Source of the DNA: an uncultured bacterium
GTDB lineage: Bacteria > Joyebacterota > Joyebacteria > Joyebacterales > Joyebacteraceae
NCBI GenBank assembly: GCA_964487295.1
Contig: CAZAQL010000002.1
Coordinates: 1 to 62,134 of the forward strand
DNA: 62,134 nucleotides
Reading direction: 5' to 3'
The notes below the pieces were generated by a model. The model saw only the letters and a program-made list of their open reading frames with translations. It searched no databases and had not been told where the DNA came from. Both the position numbers and the translations under genes were made by a program. Every line of letters begins with the position of its first letter. The first letter of the stretch is position 1. Shown here one piece after another: positions 50,901-62,134 of this stretch.

Positions 50901-53339
50901 CTAGTATTCCATGCCGAAGCGGTAGTGGACGCGCCACTCCCCTCCGAGTTCTTCATCGAATCCGTAACCAAGGTCGATCCCCATGTTGCCGAGCATGGGC
51001 ACCTCGACGCGCACGCCCACGCCCGCCCCCCAGTAGAGATCGGTCGGGTGGGTGTCCGCCGCGCTCTCCCAGGTGTTTCCCGCGTCGACGAACCCGAGCA
51101 CGTGGACCGGGATCGTGTCCGGCCCCTCGATGATCGGGAACTTGAGCTCGGCCGAGCCGATCAACACGGTCCGCCCGCCGTAGAGCTCGCTCTCCCCGGG
51201 CAGGATCTCACGGTCCTGGTAGCCGCGCAGCCCGTAGGGCCCGACGCCGCCCAGCTCGAAACGGGTGTCCGTCGGAACCGTGTTCGGATCGCCGTATCCG
51301 GTCACGAGACCTCCGCGTCCCCGGACCATGAAGGTCAGCCCGAGCGGAAGCGGCAGGAACTTGCGAACCTCGAGGATATAGCGCTGGTACTCGACATCGC
51401 CACGGAACGCGCCGCCGAAGAGGTCCGCGGTCGCCCTCGTGTAACTGCCGAGTCGCGGGTGGAATCTCCGGTCGGTCGTGCGCCTGACGAGCGTAACCGT
51501 CAGACCGCTCCGCCATTCCCACTCGTCGTCGGTCCTATCGTACGTGACGGTGTCGTAATCTACATCCCCCGTCGCCGTGTCCTCGATCGCCGTCGTCAAC
51601 TCCCCGTACTCGTGGAGCTTGACCTGCTCGAGCGTGTACTGATTGTAGAGCATCGTGTAGCGCGAGCCGAACAGCGGCCAGCCGACGCGGATGTCGCCGC
51701 CGCGCCTCTCCCGATTGACGATGAAGTGTCGTGTCTGTCCCTCGTCCTCAGACCATATGTCGGAATCGGACGAGTCGGGGAAGACCTCCTGGTAGAAGTC
51801 GTCACCGAGAAGCGTGTAGGTCCGCTTGTCGTCGCGGTCGTAGAGGTCGAACCCGACCGAGAGCCTGCGGTCCATGAACCACGGCTCCGTGAACCCCAGG
51901 ATGAGCTCGGTGTTCCGCTTGCCGAACTCCCACTTGAGGTTCAGATACTGCCCGTTTCCGAAGAGGTTGGCCTCCGCCAGCTCGAGGAAACCGGTGATGC
52001 CCCTCTCGCTCGTGTGCGAGACCCCGACCCCGGCGCGTCCGGTCTGCCGTTCCCGCACGGTGAAGACGAGATCGACGTCGTCCGGGCTCTCGCTGTCGGC
52101 GAACTGCACCATCGGGCCGTCGAAGAAACCGAGATTCGCGACCTTGCGCTGGCTCGAGATGACCTCGGAGGTCTGGTAGAGGTCACCGGGGTGGATGGAG
52201 AGCTCTCGACGGATGACCTTCTCCTTGGTGCGCGTGTTGCCGACGATGTGTATCCGACCGACGCGCGCCGGCTCGCTCTCGTCGACGTTGAAGACCAGCG
52301 CCAGCTCCCGCCCGGAGGAGACGATCTCCTGCTTGACGATCCGGGCATGGATGTAGCCACGCTCCCAGTACCAGGAGTAGGCATCGTCGATGGTCTCGTC
52401 GGCGAGTCCGGGCTCGTACGTATCACCCGGCTCGACCGCGGTCACCTCGGTCAACGCATCCGCGGCGAAGTCCGACACGCCGACCCACTGTACGTCGGTC
52501 ACCGTGTAGAGCTCGCCGAGGTCCAGCTGGACGGTGATGGTGACCCGCTCCCCCTCGTCCTCATAGACGGTCTCGTAGCCTGGAGAGCTCGCATCGATGT
52601 AGCCCCTCGAGCGGACGTGCTCGAGAACCAGCTCGACGTCCGAGGCCAGAACCTCGCGGTCGAAGAAGGCGCTCGTGCGCCACCAGCGATCCTCCTCCGT
52701 CTCCATCAACGCCTTGAGTTCGTCCTCGTCGAAGGGACCGGCGCCCTCGAAGCCGATCCTCCGGACGAGCACGCGGGTTCCCTCCTCGATATCGAAGATG
52801 ACCCGAACGTTGTTGCCGGAGCGGTCCTCGACGCGCGTTTCGACGACAGCGCCCGGAAATCCCTTGCTCTCGTAGAGAGCAAGGACGGCCACCTTCGAAT
52901 CCTCCAGCCGCCCCTCGTCGAAGGGTACGCCGCGCTCGATACTGAGCCGCTCCTCGATATCATCATCGCTCAGCTCGTCGTTGCCGCGGATGTCCACCGA
53001 CGAGACGCGTGGACGCTCCTCAACGACGACGATCAGACGAAGGTCGCCATCCGGCGTCTGCTCACCGAACACCTGGATGTCGGAGAAGTAGCCCAGATCG
53101 TGTAGACGACGAATGCCCTTGCGGATGCCCTCGGTCGTCGGGGCATCCCCCAGCCGCAGACCGAAACCCAGAAGGACTCTGTCGCGGCTCACCAGCTCAT
53201 TGCCCTCGACGACGATCTCGGCGATCCGAGGTCCGTCGAAGGTCTCGACGGCCGCCGACGGCGCTTGCGCGTGCGCCACCGCCCCCCACAACAGGAGGGC
53301 GGAGAACACGGCCGAGCACACCAGACTGCGAATTCGCAC
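50901..53339 (-). CDS. bamA: Outer membrane protein assembly factor BamA
   Basis: GTG 53339, 6 nt after GGAGGT. Signal peptide VRIRSLVCSAVFSALLLWGAVAHAQA. POTRA repeats are followed by a C-terminal beta-barrel ending ...GGEWRVHYRFGMEY. Confidence 0.9.
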   Translation of the reverse strand: MRIRSLVCSAVFSALLLWGAVAHAQAPSAAVETFDGPRIAEIVVEGNELVSRDRVLLGFGLRLGDAPTTEGIRKGIRRLHDLGYFSDIQVFGEQTPDGDLRLIVVVEERPRVSSVDIRGNDELSDDDIEERLSIERGVPFDEGRLEDSKVAVLALYESKGFPGAVVETRVEDRSGNNVRVIFDIEEGTRVLVRRIGFEGAGPFDEDELKALMETEEDRWWRTSAFFDREVLASDVELVLEHVRSRGYIDASSPGYETVYEDEGERVTITVQLDLGELYTVTDVQWVGVSDFAADALTEVTAVEPGDTYEPGLADETIDDAYSWYWERGYIHARIVKQEIVSSGRELALVFNVDESEPARVGRIHIVGNTRTKEKVIRRELSIHPGDLYQTSEVISSQRKVANLGFFDGPMVQFADSESPDDVDLVFTVRERQTGRAGVGVSHTSERGITGFLELAEANLFGNGQYLNLKWEFGKRNTELILGFTEPWFMDRRLSVGFDLYDRDDKRTYTLLGDDFYQEVFPDSSDSDIWSEDEGQTRHFIVNRERRGGDIRVGWPLFGSRYTMLYNQYTLEQVKLHEYGELTTAIEDTATGDVDYDTVTYDRTDDEWEWRSGLTVTLVRRTTDRRFHPRLGSYTRATADLFGGAFRGDVEYQRYILEVRKFLPLPLGLTFMVRGRGGLVTGYGDPNTVPTDTRFELGGVGPYGLRGYQDREILPGESELYGGRTVLIGSAELKFPIIEGPDTIPVHVLGFVDAGNTWESAADTHPTDLYWGAGVGVRVEVPMLGNMGIDLGYGFDEELGGEWRVHYRFGMEY

Positions 53340-53469
53340 TGCTGCACCTCCGTGGGGTATACCGACCCGGCATCGTAGCATACGGCCTGGGGGATGTAAA
53401 CGAAAACTTGGACCCCCAAACCCTTTGAGAGCCAAGCAGTTATGGCTGTTCTGCGATGCCGTCTCGGGG

Positions 53470-55989
53470 TCAGAACCGGAATCGGTTCTCTATGGATATG
53501 CCCCGGTCCCACCCCTCCAGGACGGGGTCGTAGACGGCCTTCAGGGAGAGAGACGTATTGCGGGAGACCTCGTATTCAATGCCGAACTCGTGACGCGTCA
53601 CGAGGCTCTGCTCACCGACGGAGATCTCGTATGCCTGGGCGATCCCCTCGTAGGAGAGCATCCAGTCATGGGCGATGTACTTCCCCAGTGTAAGCCGGGT
53701 GTCCGCGAGGAACGGCTGGTACTGGCCCGAACCCTCCTGAGCCTGCCACAGGTCGAGCTGGTAGAGGAAGTACTCCACGAAGTCGACGTTGATGCGCACC
53801 AGGTCGAGATGGAGGGTCCGCTTGATGCGGCCCTCGACCGGTGAGATGAGCGGACGCACGACGGCGACACCGACCTGAGAGGCGACGACCTCCAGGGCGC
53901 GGCGTCTCTCCAGTGTTGCCAGATCAGCGCCGTCGACCTCCTCGCGATCCGCCCCGTAGGTCAGGCGGGCCAGGGCGTCCTCGGCGGTCGCGTCATCGGG
54001 CGAGTCCGAGCGGAGCACGACGGTCGATTCGTCCCAGGGGGTGCCGGCGCCAGCCAGCGCCGCTCCGGCCTCCTCCTCGGCCACGACCGACAGTGTGATC
54101 TCGGTGCCGTCGTCGACGCGCGTCGTGCCCTCGATGTAGAAGCGGGGCGGTTCGCAGAATGACGGGAAATCGATGAAGGCGATCCTCACGTCGAAGTCGG
54201 CGTTGAGATACGTGACGGTCCCGCGCGACGAACTGGCCCGGCCCGCCACGCAGAACGTGTGGTCGGCGGGGACGCCGACGAAGTCAAGACTCGAATCTCT
54301 GTCGAGCTTCAGATTCGCGTCCGGCCGACGGTACCAGAGGTTGCGTCCGGCCTGGATCGTGATCGACCAGTCGGCCCGCGAGAGGAAGTCCCCGCTGAGC
54401 CCTCCCCCCGACGACAGGAAGGGGTAGGTGAATGACGTGTCCGCGAACCGAAGGGTACCCCAGAGCACGGGATGCTCGGATGGGCCGGCCACGAGAAGGG
54501 CCCCGACGTCACCCCGGCGGATGACGGTGGCCCGACCGGTCTCCCCCTCCTCCATCAGCCCGGGAACACGGACGGGAACGCCCTGCTCCCCGGTCGTCAC
54601 GGCGAGCACGCCCAGATCCACACCCCGTACGACGAGCGGCTCCAGCAGTCGTCCCTCTACCAGCGCGCTCCGGCGGGACTCGATCGAGAGTTCCTCTCCG
54701 TCAGCGAGCGCGGTGAGCCTGCCCCGCGTAAGCTCCCCGTCGACGAGCGAGGCCTCGAGCGACAGCGACTCGAGTTCCTCGAGAACGCCGGGGATGCGAA
54801 GGGTCCCGTTGCGCACGTCCGCCTCGCCACGAACGAGCACGTACGACTCCCGGTCGCCGACGAGGTGGAACGTCATGCGCCCGTCGCTGCTCGCGTCCTC
54901 GAACCCATCGACCAGCGAGCCGACGAGCGCGAGAGGATCCTCATCCACCTCCACGGTGAGCTGCCCCTCGGCGGATCCCCCCGGCCTCGTCAGGGCCGCC
55001 AGCGGGGTGCGACCGGACGCCGTGACTCGATAGGAGCCGGCGCGGTCGAGCGACAGGCGGTCGAGCGACAGGTCGCCGGTCGCCCCGGTCACGCGCGCCG
55101 CGAACCGGTCGAACGGGATCCCCAGGAACACGCCCCTCTCGCCGTCGATCCGGCAGTCGAGGTTCGGGTTCTCGATCGTCCCGCCGATGCCCGCCACGAG
55201 TCCGAACTCCGTCCGGCCGTCTCCGCCCAGGAGCGGTCCGGGCACCGCCTCACCCCGGATCGTCAGCGCAAGCTCGCCCGCAAGATCGGCGCTGCCACTC
55301 GCCGTGAGGAAGCGTCTGTCAAGATACTCGGCCTCGGCTTCATCAACGCTCACGACCCCGCCGGCCAGCGAGACGACGGCGACCGCATCCAGGCCCCGGA
55401 CGTCGCCGACCCCGGCGCCCGCGAGCTGCAGCTGCGCGCTCCCGGCGAGATCGCCGACCGGCCCGCTCACCGATCCCGACGCGAATGCCAGGCCGTCGAG
55501 CGACGGCGGCGCCTCGCGACCGAGCGCCAGGCGATACGCATCACCGATCGGCGCCTCCGAGAGCACCGCGCTGGCGCGGAGCGTGGGAGCCTCACCCAGG
55601 GTCAGGACGCCAGCAAGCTCCGCGTATCCCCCCGCCTCCAACCTGCTCAGGACAAGCTCTCTCGATGTGATGGCGAGATCCGCCGAGAAAGGCATCTCGA
55701 CCCCGCGCGCGACGGCGTCGACCGAGTCCAGTCGCAATCGGAGTTCGCTGCCCGCGGGCTCAGGGCGGACGCGTCCCGTGACCTGAACCGTCGCGGTCGC
55801 GTCGAGCCCCCTCAGTCCGACGATGCCGTCGATGTCTACCTCCGGAAGCGTCCCGGAGACGTGGATCGGCCCGTCCATCCGAAACGGAACGAACCGTCCG
55901 GCTGGTCCGGCGATGAGCGAGTCCGCGGGAAGGTCCGAGAGAACGATGCAGCTCCGGACCGTCCATTCCGATCTCGCCCGAGATCTCAT
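53470..55989 (-). CDS. tamB: TamB/AsmA-like translocation and assembly module protein, C-terminal segment (DUF490-type end)
   Basis: Track ORF 53470..56076. The sequence is meaningful only from about WTVRSCIVLSDLPADSLIAGPAG onward. C-terminal ...FGIEYEVSRNTSLSLKAVYDP...ISIENRFRF is TamB-like. ATG 55989 is the only plausible internal restart. Confidence 0.7.
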   Translation of the reverse strand: MRSRARSEWTVRSCIVLSDLPADSLIAGPAGRFVPFRMDGPIHVSGTLPEVDIDGIVGLRGLDATATVQVTGRVRPEPAGSELRLRLDSVDAVARGVEMPFSADLAITSRELVLSRLEAGGYAELAGVLTLGEAPTLRASAVLSEAPIGDAYRLALGREAPPSLDGLAFASGSVSGPVGDLAGSAQLQLAGAGVGDVRGLDAVAVVSLAGGVVSVDEAEAEYLDRRFLTASGSADLAGELALTIRGEAVPGPLLGGDGRTEFGLVAGIGGTIENPNLDCRIDGERGVFLGIPFDRFAARVTGATGDLSLDRLSLDRAGSYRVTASGRTPLAALTRPGGSAEGQLTVEVDEDPLALVGSLVDGFEDASSDGRMTFHLVGDRESYVLVRGEADVRNGTLRIPGVLEELESLSLEASLVDGELTRGRLTALADGEELSIESRRSALVEGRLLEPLVVRGVDLGVLAVTTGEQGVPVRVPGLMEEGETGRATVIRRGDVGALLVAGPSEHPVLWGTLRFADTSFTYPFLSSGGGLSGDFLSRADWSITIQAGRNLWYRRPDANLKLDRDSSLDFVGVPADHTFCVAGRASSSRGTVTYLNADFDVRIAFIDFPSFCEPPRFYIEGTTRVDDGTEITLSVVAEEEAGAALAGAGTPWDESTVVLRSDSPDDATAEDALARLTYGADREEVDGADLATLERRRALEVVASQVGVAVVRPLISPVEGRIKRTLHLDLVRINVDFVEYFLYQLDLWQAQEGSGQYQPFLADTRLTLGKYIAHDWMLSYEGIAQAYEISVGEQSLVTRHEFGIEYEVSRNTSLSLKAVYDPVLEGWDRGISIENRFRF

Positions 55990-57499
55990 ATCCCATGCCG
56001 CGGGAGTTAAGCGACACGTAGGCGCGTCCGTCCTCGACAAGGACTCCTCCGGCGCCGTCGCCCAGCGCGAGTTCACCGTAGCGCACGTCGCTGAAGTTCA
56101 ACAGGAGCTCGCCGGAGTACGAATCGCCGTACCCCTCGAGCACGATGTCCGAGAGGGTCGCGTGCCCCGTCAGCGCGTCCGCCCATCCGAGCGCGGCCAG
56201 GCGGTCGAGCTCGATCGAGGTGATCGCGCCGCGCGCCTCGAGTTCCCGCGTGCCTGCCAGCGTGATCGTCCCGCTCGCTGTGAACTCGCCGCCGAGCACG
56301 TTCGCGTCCATCCGGTCGAACCGGACGACACCTCCACGGTACGCTCCCTCGGCCGTCATGCCTTCGAACTGCAACGGACTCAAGAGGAGTCGGTCCGAAC
56401 GGACGTGGAAGGTCACGATCGGTTCCCGGAACGTGCCGTCCAGCTGGACCCCGGCCACGAGCCCGCCGCCGAGCTCCGGGATCGTTCCTCCGATCAGATC
56501 CGCGAGCCGTGAGGCATCGAGCCCTGCGACCGTCAGGGCGATCCCGCTCATCGTCCCTTCGGAGAGGGAGATGCGGCCGCCGCGCGCGTCGATGCGCGCG
56601 CCCCTCCAGCGACCCGAGATGGCCGACGGCCTGACCGTCCGCCCGTCGTACGAGAAGCCGCCCCGGATGCCCGAGACCGTGTCGCTCCCGGCGACGGCCA
56701 CGTCCACGCCGTCCAGCTCGACGTCGAGGTCGAGCTCCGTTCCCGTCGAATCGCGCGTGAACGAGAAGTCGGCTGAGACGAAGCCGGCCAGCGGCCGCAC
56801 ACCTCCCCAAACCGGCGTCACGGCAGACGGCGAGAGGTCCGCGCGTTCGAGCGCGCCCGTGACGCTCAGGGTATCCCCCCGTACCGCGATCGTCGCTGTC
56901 AGATTGGTCGAATCACCGAGGACGGAGCCGTTCGCCCGCCCCGCCAACCGGTCCCGCGCGGTCCTCTCGAGGACCAGGTCGAGCCCCTCGATCTTTGTCC
57001 TCACGGAGTCCGCGCCCGCCAGGATGCTGACCCGCGCGCCGCTCACTCCCAGGTAGTCGGGCAGAACGGAGCCGAGCCTGTCGAGCGCAAGCGAAGCACG
57101 ACGGGACCTCTCCCGGCGGCTCGCCTCGTCCGCGGCGGACCGACCGGCGCCGACTTTGAGCGTCACGTGCGGCTCCGTCAGAATGACGGTGCTCAGGCTC
57201 TGCGCCGGATCGAACCCGCCCGCGATGAGCTGCCGGTAGCTGATCGATGCGCTGCCGCCGGGCACCCGGATGGAGCTCCCGTCGTCGAACGTGAGGAGAA
57301 CGTCCTGGAAGCGGACGGACGCGAGACCGAAGGAGAGCCCGCCGACCTCAATGTCGCCGTCGATGCGCGGAACGAGGCGAGCCATGAGAGCGCTTCGTAC
57401 GGAGGGGCGCGTCGTCGCGACGCGCAGGAACACGAGCGACGCCGGGACGACGCCGAGAACGACAACGGCGAGGATGAGGACCCACCTGCGGTGTCGCAT
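55760..57499 (-). CDS. tamB: TamB/AsmA-like protein, N-terminal segment (signal anchor plus repetitive beta-rich region)
   Basis: MRHRRWVLILAVVVLGVVPASLVFL anchor. Protein-like up to ...SRGMGYEISGEI (about 55975), then the frame degenerates into Arg-rich junk until the stop at 55760. Confidence 0.7.
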   Translation of the reverse strand: MRHRRWVLILAVVVLGVVPASLVFLRVATTRPSVRSALMARLVPRIDGDIEVGGLSFGLASVRFQDVLLTFDDGSSIRVPGGSASISYRQLIAGGFDPAQSLSTVILTEPHVTLKVGAGRSAADEASRRERSRRASLALDRLGSVLPDYLGVSGARVSILAGADSVRTKIEGLDLVLERTARDRLAGRANGSVLGDSTNLTATIAVRGDTLSVTGALERADLSPSAVTPVWGGVRPLAGFVSADFSFTRDSTGTELDLDVELDGVDVAVAGSDTVSGIRGGFSYDGRTVRPSAISGRWRGARIDARGGRISLSEGTMSGIALTVAGLDASRLADLIGGTIPELGGGLVAGVQLDGTFREPIVTFHVRSDRLLLSPLQFEGMTAEGAYRGGVVRFDRMDANVLGGEFTASGTITLAGTRELEARGAITSIELDRLAALGWADALTGHATLSDIVLEGYGDSYSGELLLNFSDVRYGELALGDGAGGVLVEDGRAYVSLNSRGMGYEISGEIGMDGPELHRSLGPSRGLAHRRTSRTVRSVSDGRADPRLRDASGGRHRRHRRTEGARRDRDGSGHGTRPP

Positions 57500-57612
57500 C
57501 GCTCCCTCTCTGCCTCAGCCGCTCGCCGGGACACGGAGATACGCCAAACCCGCCACGACCGCGGTCACCGATCGCACGGGTCTGGCGGCGGCTGCCGGCC
57601 GTCGCGCTCCCT

Positions 57613-57647
57613 GGAGTCGCGAAGCGACTCCCAAGCTGCTGCGGCGG

Positions 57648-57665
<18 letters not shown>
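57613..57665 (-). terminator. Two consecutive perfect GC-rich hairpins at and after the clpC stop (no U-tract)
   Basis: 14-bp stem gctgctgcggcggc/gccgccgcagcagc (57635-57648 / 57652-57665) with loop tag; the clpC stop codon occupies 57648-57650. 8-bp stem ggagtcgc/gcgactcc (57613-57620 / 57624-57631). Confidence 0.5.
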
Positions 57666-60113
<2,448 letters not shown>

Positions 60114-60156
60114 GGTATCCTCCGCATTCTCTCTCAGGAGGTTCGCCGGCGCACCC

Positions 60157-62133
60157 TCAGCGCGTCGACTTCTGCGTCCGGTCGTGTCCCGTGAGCTCCC
60201 GTCGAACGAGGTCCGCTCGCATACGGCACTGCTCCTCCCGATCCGGGCCCTCGCCGTGGAAGCACATCAGATGTCCCGGCTGTGTCAGGACCAGAAGACG
60301 GTTGAGCGTTCCGAGGTCCACACTCCCTACGATGCCGAGCGCCACGCCAAGTCTCAGCGAGGAGCAGAGCGACATGAACTCCTCGGTAGAGAGCATGCGG
60401 GCGCTGGTCAGGATACCATGGGCGCGCCAGACCTCATCCTCGAGCCTGAGCCCCGCCCTTGCCGCCAGATCCTCGCGCGCGGCAAGCTCGAGTTCGACGA
60501 TCCTGCTCCCTATCCGTTCGACGGTGTAGGCGATGTCCTCTTCAGACTGCCCGAGCGTTGTCTGGTTCGAGACCTGGAAGAAGCCGCCCAGAGCCGCGCT
60601 CCGCTCTCCGTAGAAACCCCGGACCGACAGGCCAAGCTTCGAGATGCCCCCGAGGACCTGCGCAACTTCACCCCGTCTGGCAAGACCCACGAGATGAAGG
60701 AGCACCGAGACACGGACCCCCGTCCCGACGTTCGTCGGACAGGCCGTCAGGTAGCCCCACTCTCTGGAGAAGGCGTACTGCAAATTCCGCTCCATTTCGG
60801 CGTCGACGCGGGACACGAGACGCCAGGCATCGAGCGGCATGAGCCCGCTGCGAATGCTCTGGAGGCGGAGATGATCCTCCTCGTTGATCATGGCGCCGAC
60901 GACCTCGCGTTCGCCGGCGAGCACCGCGCGCCCCTGGGGAATTCGCGCGAAGCCGGGGCTCGCCAGATGCCGCTCGACGAGGACCTTCCTCAGCGGGGCG
61001 CCCGCGTCCTCCATCCGAACGGACACTGCGTTCGCAAGGTAGTTGCTTCGTGCAGCCGCGGCGAGCAGTCTCTCGCGAACGCTCTCGAGCTCGTCCGGTC
61101 GGGCGCGCGAGGGGAACGCCCCGTCCGCGAGGTTGCGGGCGAGCCTGGCCCGCGTCGAGAGGACCACATCCGCGCGCGGTCCCGTCGCGTCCAGCCAGTC
61201 GCGGACAACGCCGTACAGCCGTTCAGCCTGCCGCGAGTTGGTCTGATAGAAGCTCTTGGGGTGGATCGCGAACTGCAGGTGGCCGCACCGCTCGGTGATG
61301 ACCTGGTCGCCCGCGGCCGGGTAGGCGGGATGGGGGCCAATGTCATCGTTCCTGCTGGTGTTGATGACGTACCATGCGGAGGTAATCCCGGGGACTCGCT
61401 GCATGAGCGCGCCCAGGAACCGGCCCGCGACGTCCGGCCGATCCTCGCCCAGCACCAGGATCACCATGACGCCGCCCAGCGTGCTGGTGCGCACGATGAT
61501 GCTTCGCAGCAGTCCCGTGTGGAGGGCGGGGTCGTGGAACGAGTAGTCGTTCTCCAGGGCGATGGCGCGCGCTTCCGTCCTGATGGCGTTCGAGGGATCC
61601 GCCTGCAGGTAGCAGTGCTCTATGTCCAGGACCCGGTCGAACCGCCCCTTCACGTGGAAACCCAACGCGCGTCGGTCGGTGATCTCGGCCCCCGAGTCAA
61701 CCTCGGCCTGCGTGATCCAGCGCACCGGCGCAAATGAGAATTCCAGCTTGTTGCGGTAGTAGGTATCCGACTCGCAGCCCAGGATGGGCAGCGGAGCCGG
61801 TTCGTGGATGCCGCCGATCCGCCGCAGCACGTCGGCCACGAACTGCTCCTTGTACCGGAGCTGGGCGGGGTAGGGCAGGTACTGCCAGGTGCATCCGCCG
61901 CAGTCGGTGAAGTGGGAGCAGAATGGTTCCTGCCGCTCCGGCGAGGTGGCATGCCAGCGGTCCACCCGGGCAAACGCGTGGTCGCGCCGCTTGCGGGTGA
62001 TGGTCACATCCACCACCTCTCCGGGGAGGACCCCATCCACGAAGACCACCCGGCCCTCCGGTCTGATGATGCCGTGTCCCTGGTACTCGATGGATTCCAC
62101 CGTCTGGTTCTGGTAACTGCGCTGTTTTGCCAC
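60157..62133 (-). CDS. mcsB: Single ORF joining an RlmD (RumA) N-terminal fragment (about 61168-62133) to protein arginine kinase McsB (60157-61167)
   Basis: RlmD part: TRAM domain (GRVVFVDGVLPGEVVDVTITRKRRDHAFARV), Fe-S cysteines FCSHFTDCGGCTWQ plus IEHCYL, up to FYQTNSRQAERLYGVVRDWLDATGPRAD. McsB part: VVLSTRARLARNL, INEEDHLRLQ, GYLTACPTNVGTGVRVSVLLHL, FQVSNQTTLGQSEEDI. There is no stop between them. GTG 61167 is a possible internal McsB start. The ORF starts 1 nt from the window end, so the 5' end may be incomplete. Confidence 0.8.
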   Translation of the reverse strand: MAKQRSYQNQTVESIEYQGHGIIRPEGRVVFVDGVLPGEVVDVTITRKRRDHAFARVDRWHATSPERQEPFCSHFTDCGGCTWQYLPYPAQLRYKEQFVADVLRRIGGIHEPAPLPILGCESDTYYRNKLEFSFAPVRWITQAEVDSGAEITDRRALGFHVKGRFDRVLDIEHCYLQADPSNAIRTEARAIALENDYSFHDPALHTGLLRSIIVRTSTLGGVMVILVLGEDRPDVAGRFLGALMQRVPGITSAWYVINTSRNDDIGPHPAYPAAGDQVITERCGHLQFAIHPKSFYQTNSRQAERLYGVVRDWLDATGPRADVVLSTRARLARNLADGAFPSRARPDELESVRERLLAAAARSNYLANAVSVRMEDAGAPLRKVLVERHLASPGFARIPQGRAVLAGEREVVGAMINEEDHLRLQSIRSGLMPLDAWRLVSRVDAEMERNLQYAFSREWGYLTACPTNVGTGVRVSVLLHLVGLARRGEVAQVLGGISKLGLSVRGFYGERSAALGGFFQVSNQTTLGQSEEDIAYTVERIGSRIVELELAAREDLAARAGLRLEDEVWRAHGILTSARMLSTEEFMSLCSSLRLGVALGIVGSVDLGTLNRLLVLTQPGHLMCFHGEGPDREEQCRMRADLVRRELTGHDRTQKSTR

Positions 62134-62134
62134 G

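Overview
High-GC bacterial chromosomal segment that is almost fully coding. All genes but one (32681-35110, +) are on the minus strand, and many junctions are 4-nt ATGA/GTGA start/stop overlaps. I saw no rRNA, tRNA, CRISPR array, transposase or integrase. Reading the minus strand from high to low coordinates: (1) An ORF in which the N-terminal two thirds of the rRNA methyltransferase RlmD runs in frame into the arginine kinase McsB, followed by clpC. (2) An outer-membrane/lipid A block: TamB-like (split into two frames), bamA, skp, lpxD, lpxC-fabZ fusion, lpxA, a Gfo/Idh/MocA oxidoreductase, lpxB, DUF374-waaA fusion and lpxK. This block runs without a break into nadA-nadB and an AmmeMemoRadiSam system (fused Memo-AMMECR1 plus radical SAM enzyme), both apparently carrying N-terminal export/anchor signals. 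(3) A secreted beta-helix protein with its own promoter. (4) An LPS-core operon with four GT9 heptosyltransferase-family genes, msbA, GT4s, a WaaL-like ligase, gmhB, DUF3108 and a DHS-like protein. (5) A large EPS locus with a PEP-CTERM-locus-type export core: priming sugar transferase, GT-C enzyme, Wza-like exporter, chain-length determinant, ExeA-like ATPase, BY-kinase-like protein lacking the P-loop lysine, and a Wzy-like polymerase. It also carries GT4s, a heparinase II/III-like protein, an AlgD-like dehydrogenase and a radical SAM/SPASM enzyme. No exosortase is visible in the window. Four operon starts carry a perfect TTGACA -35 box with N17-18 spacing to a TAnnnT -10 box. The LpxC-FabZ fusion and gene order suggest an FCB-superphylum-like or Gemmatimonadota-like diderm; this is inference only. 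The long plus-strand ORFs in the track are antisense shadows of the minus-strand genes.
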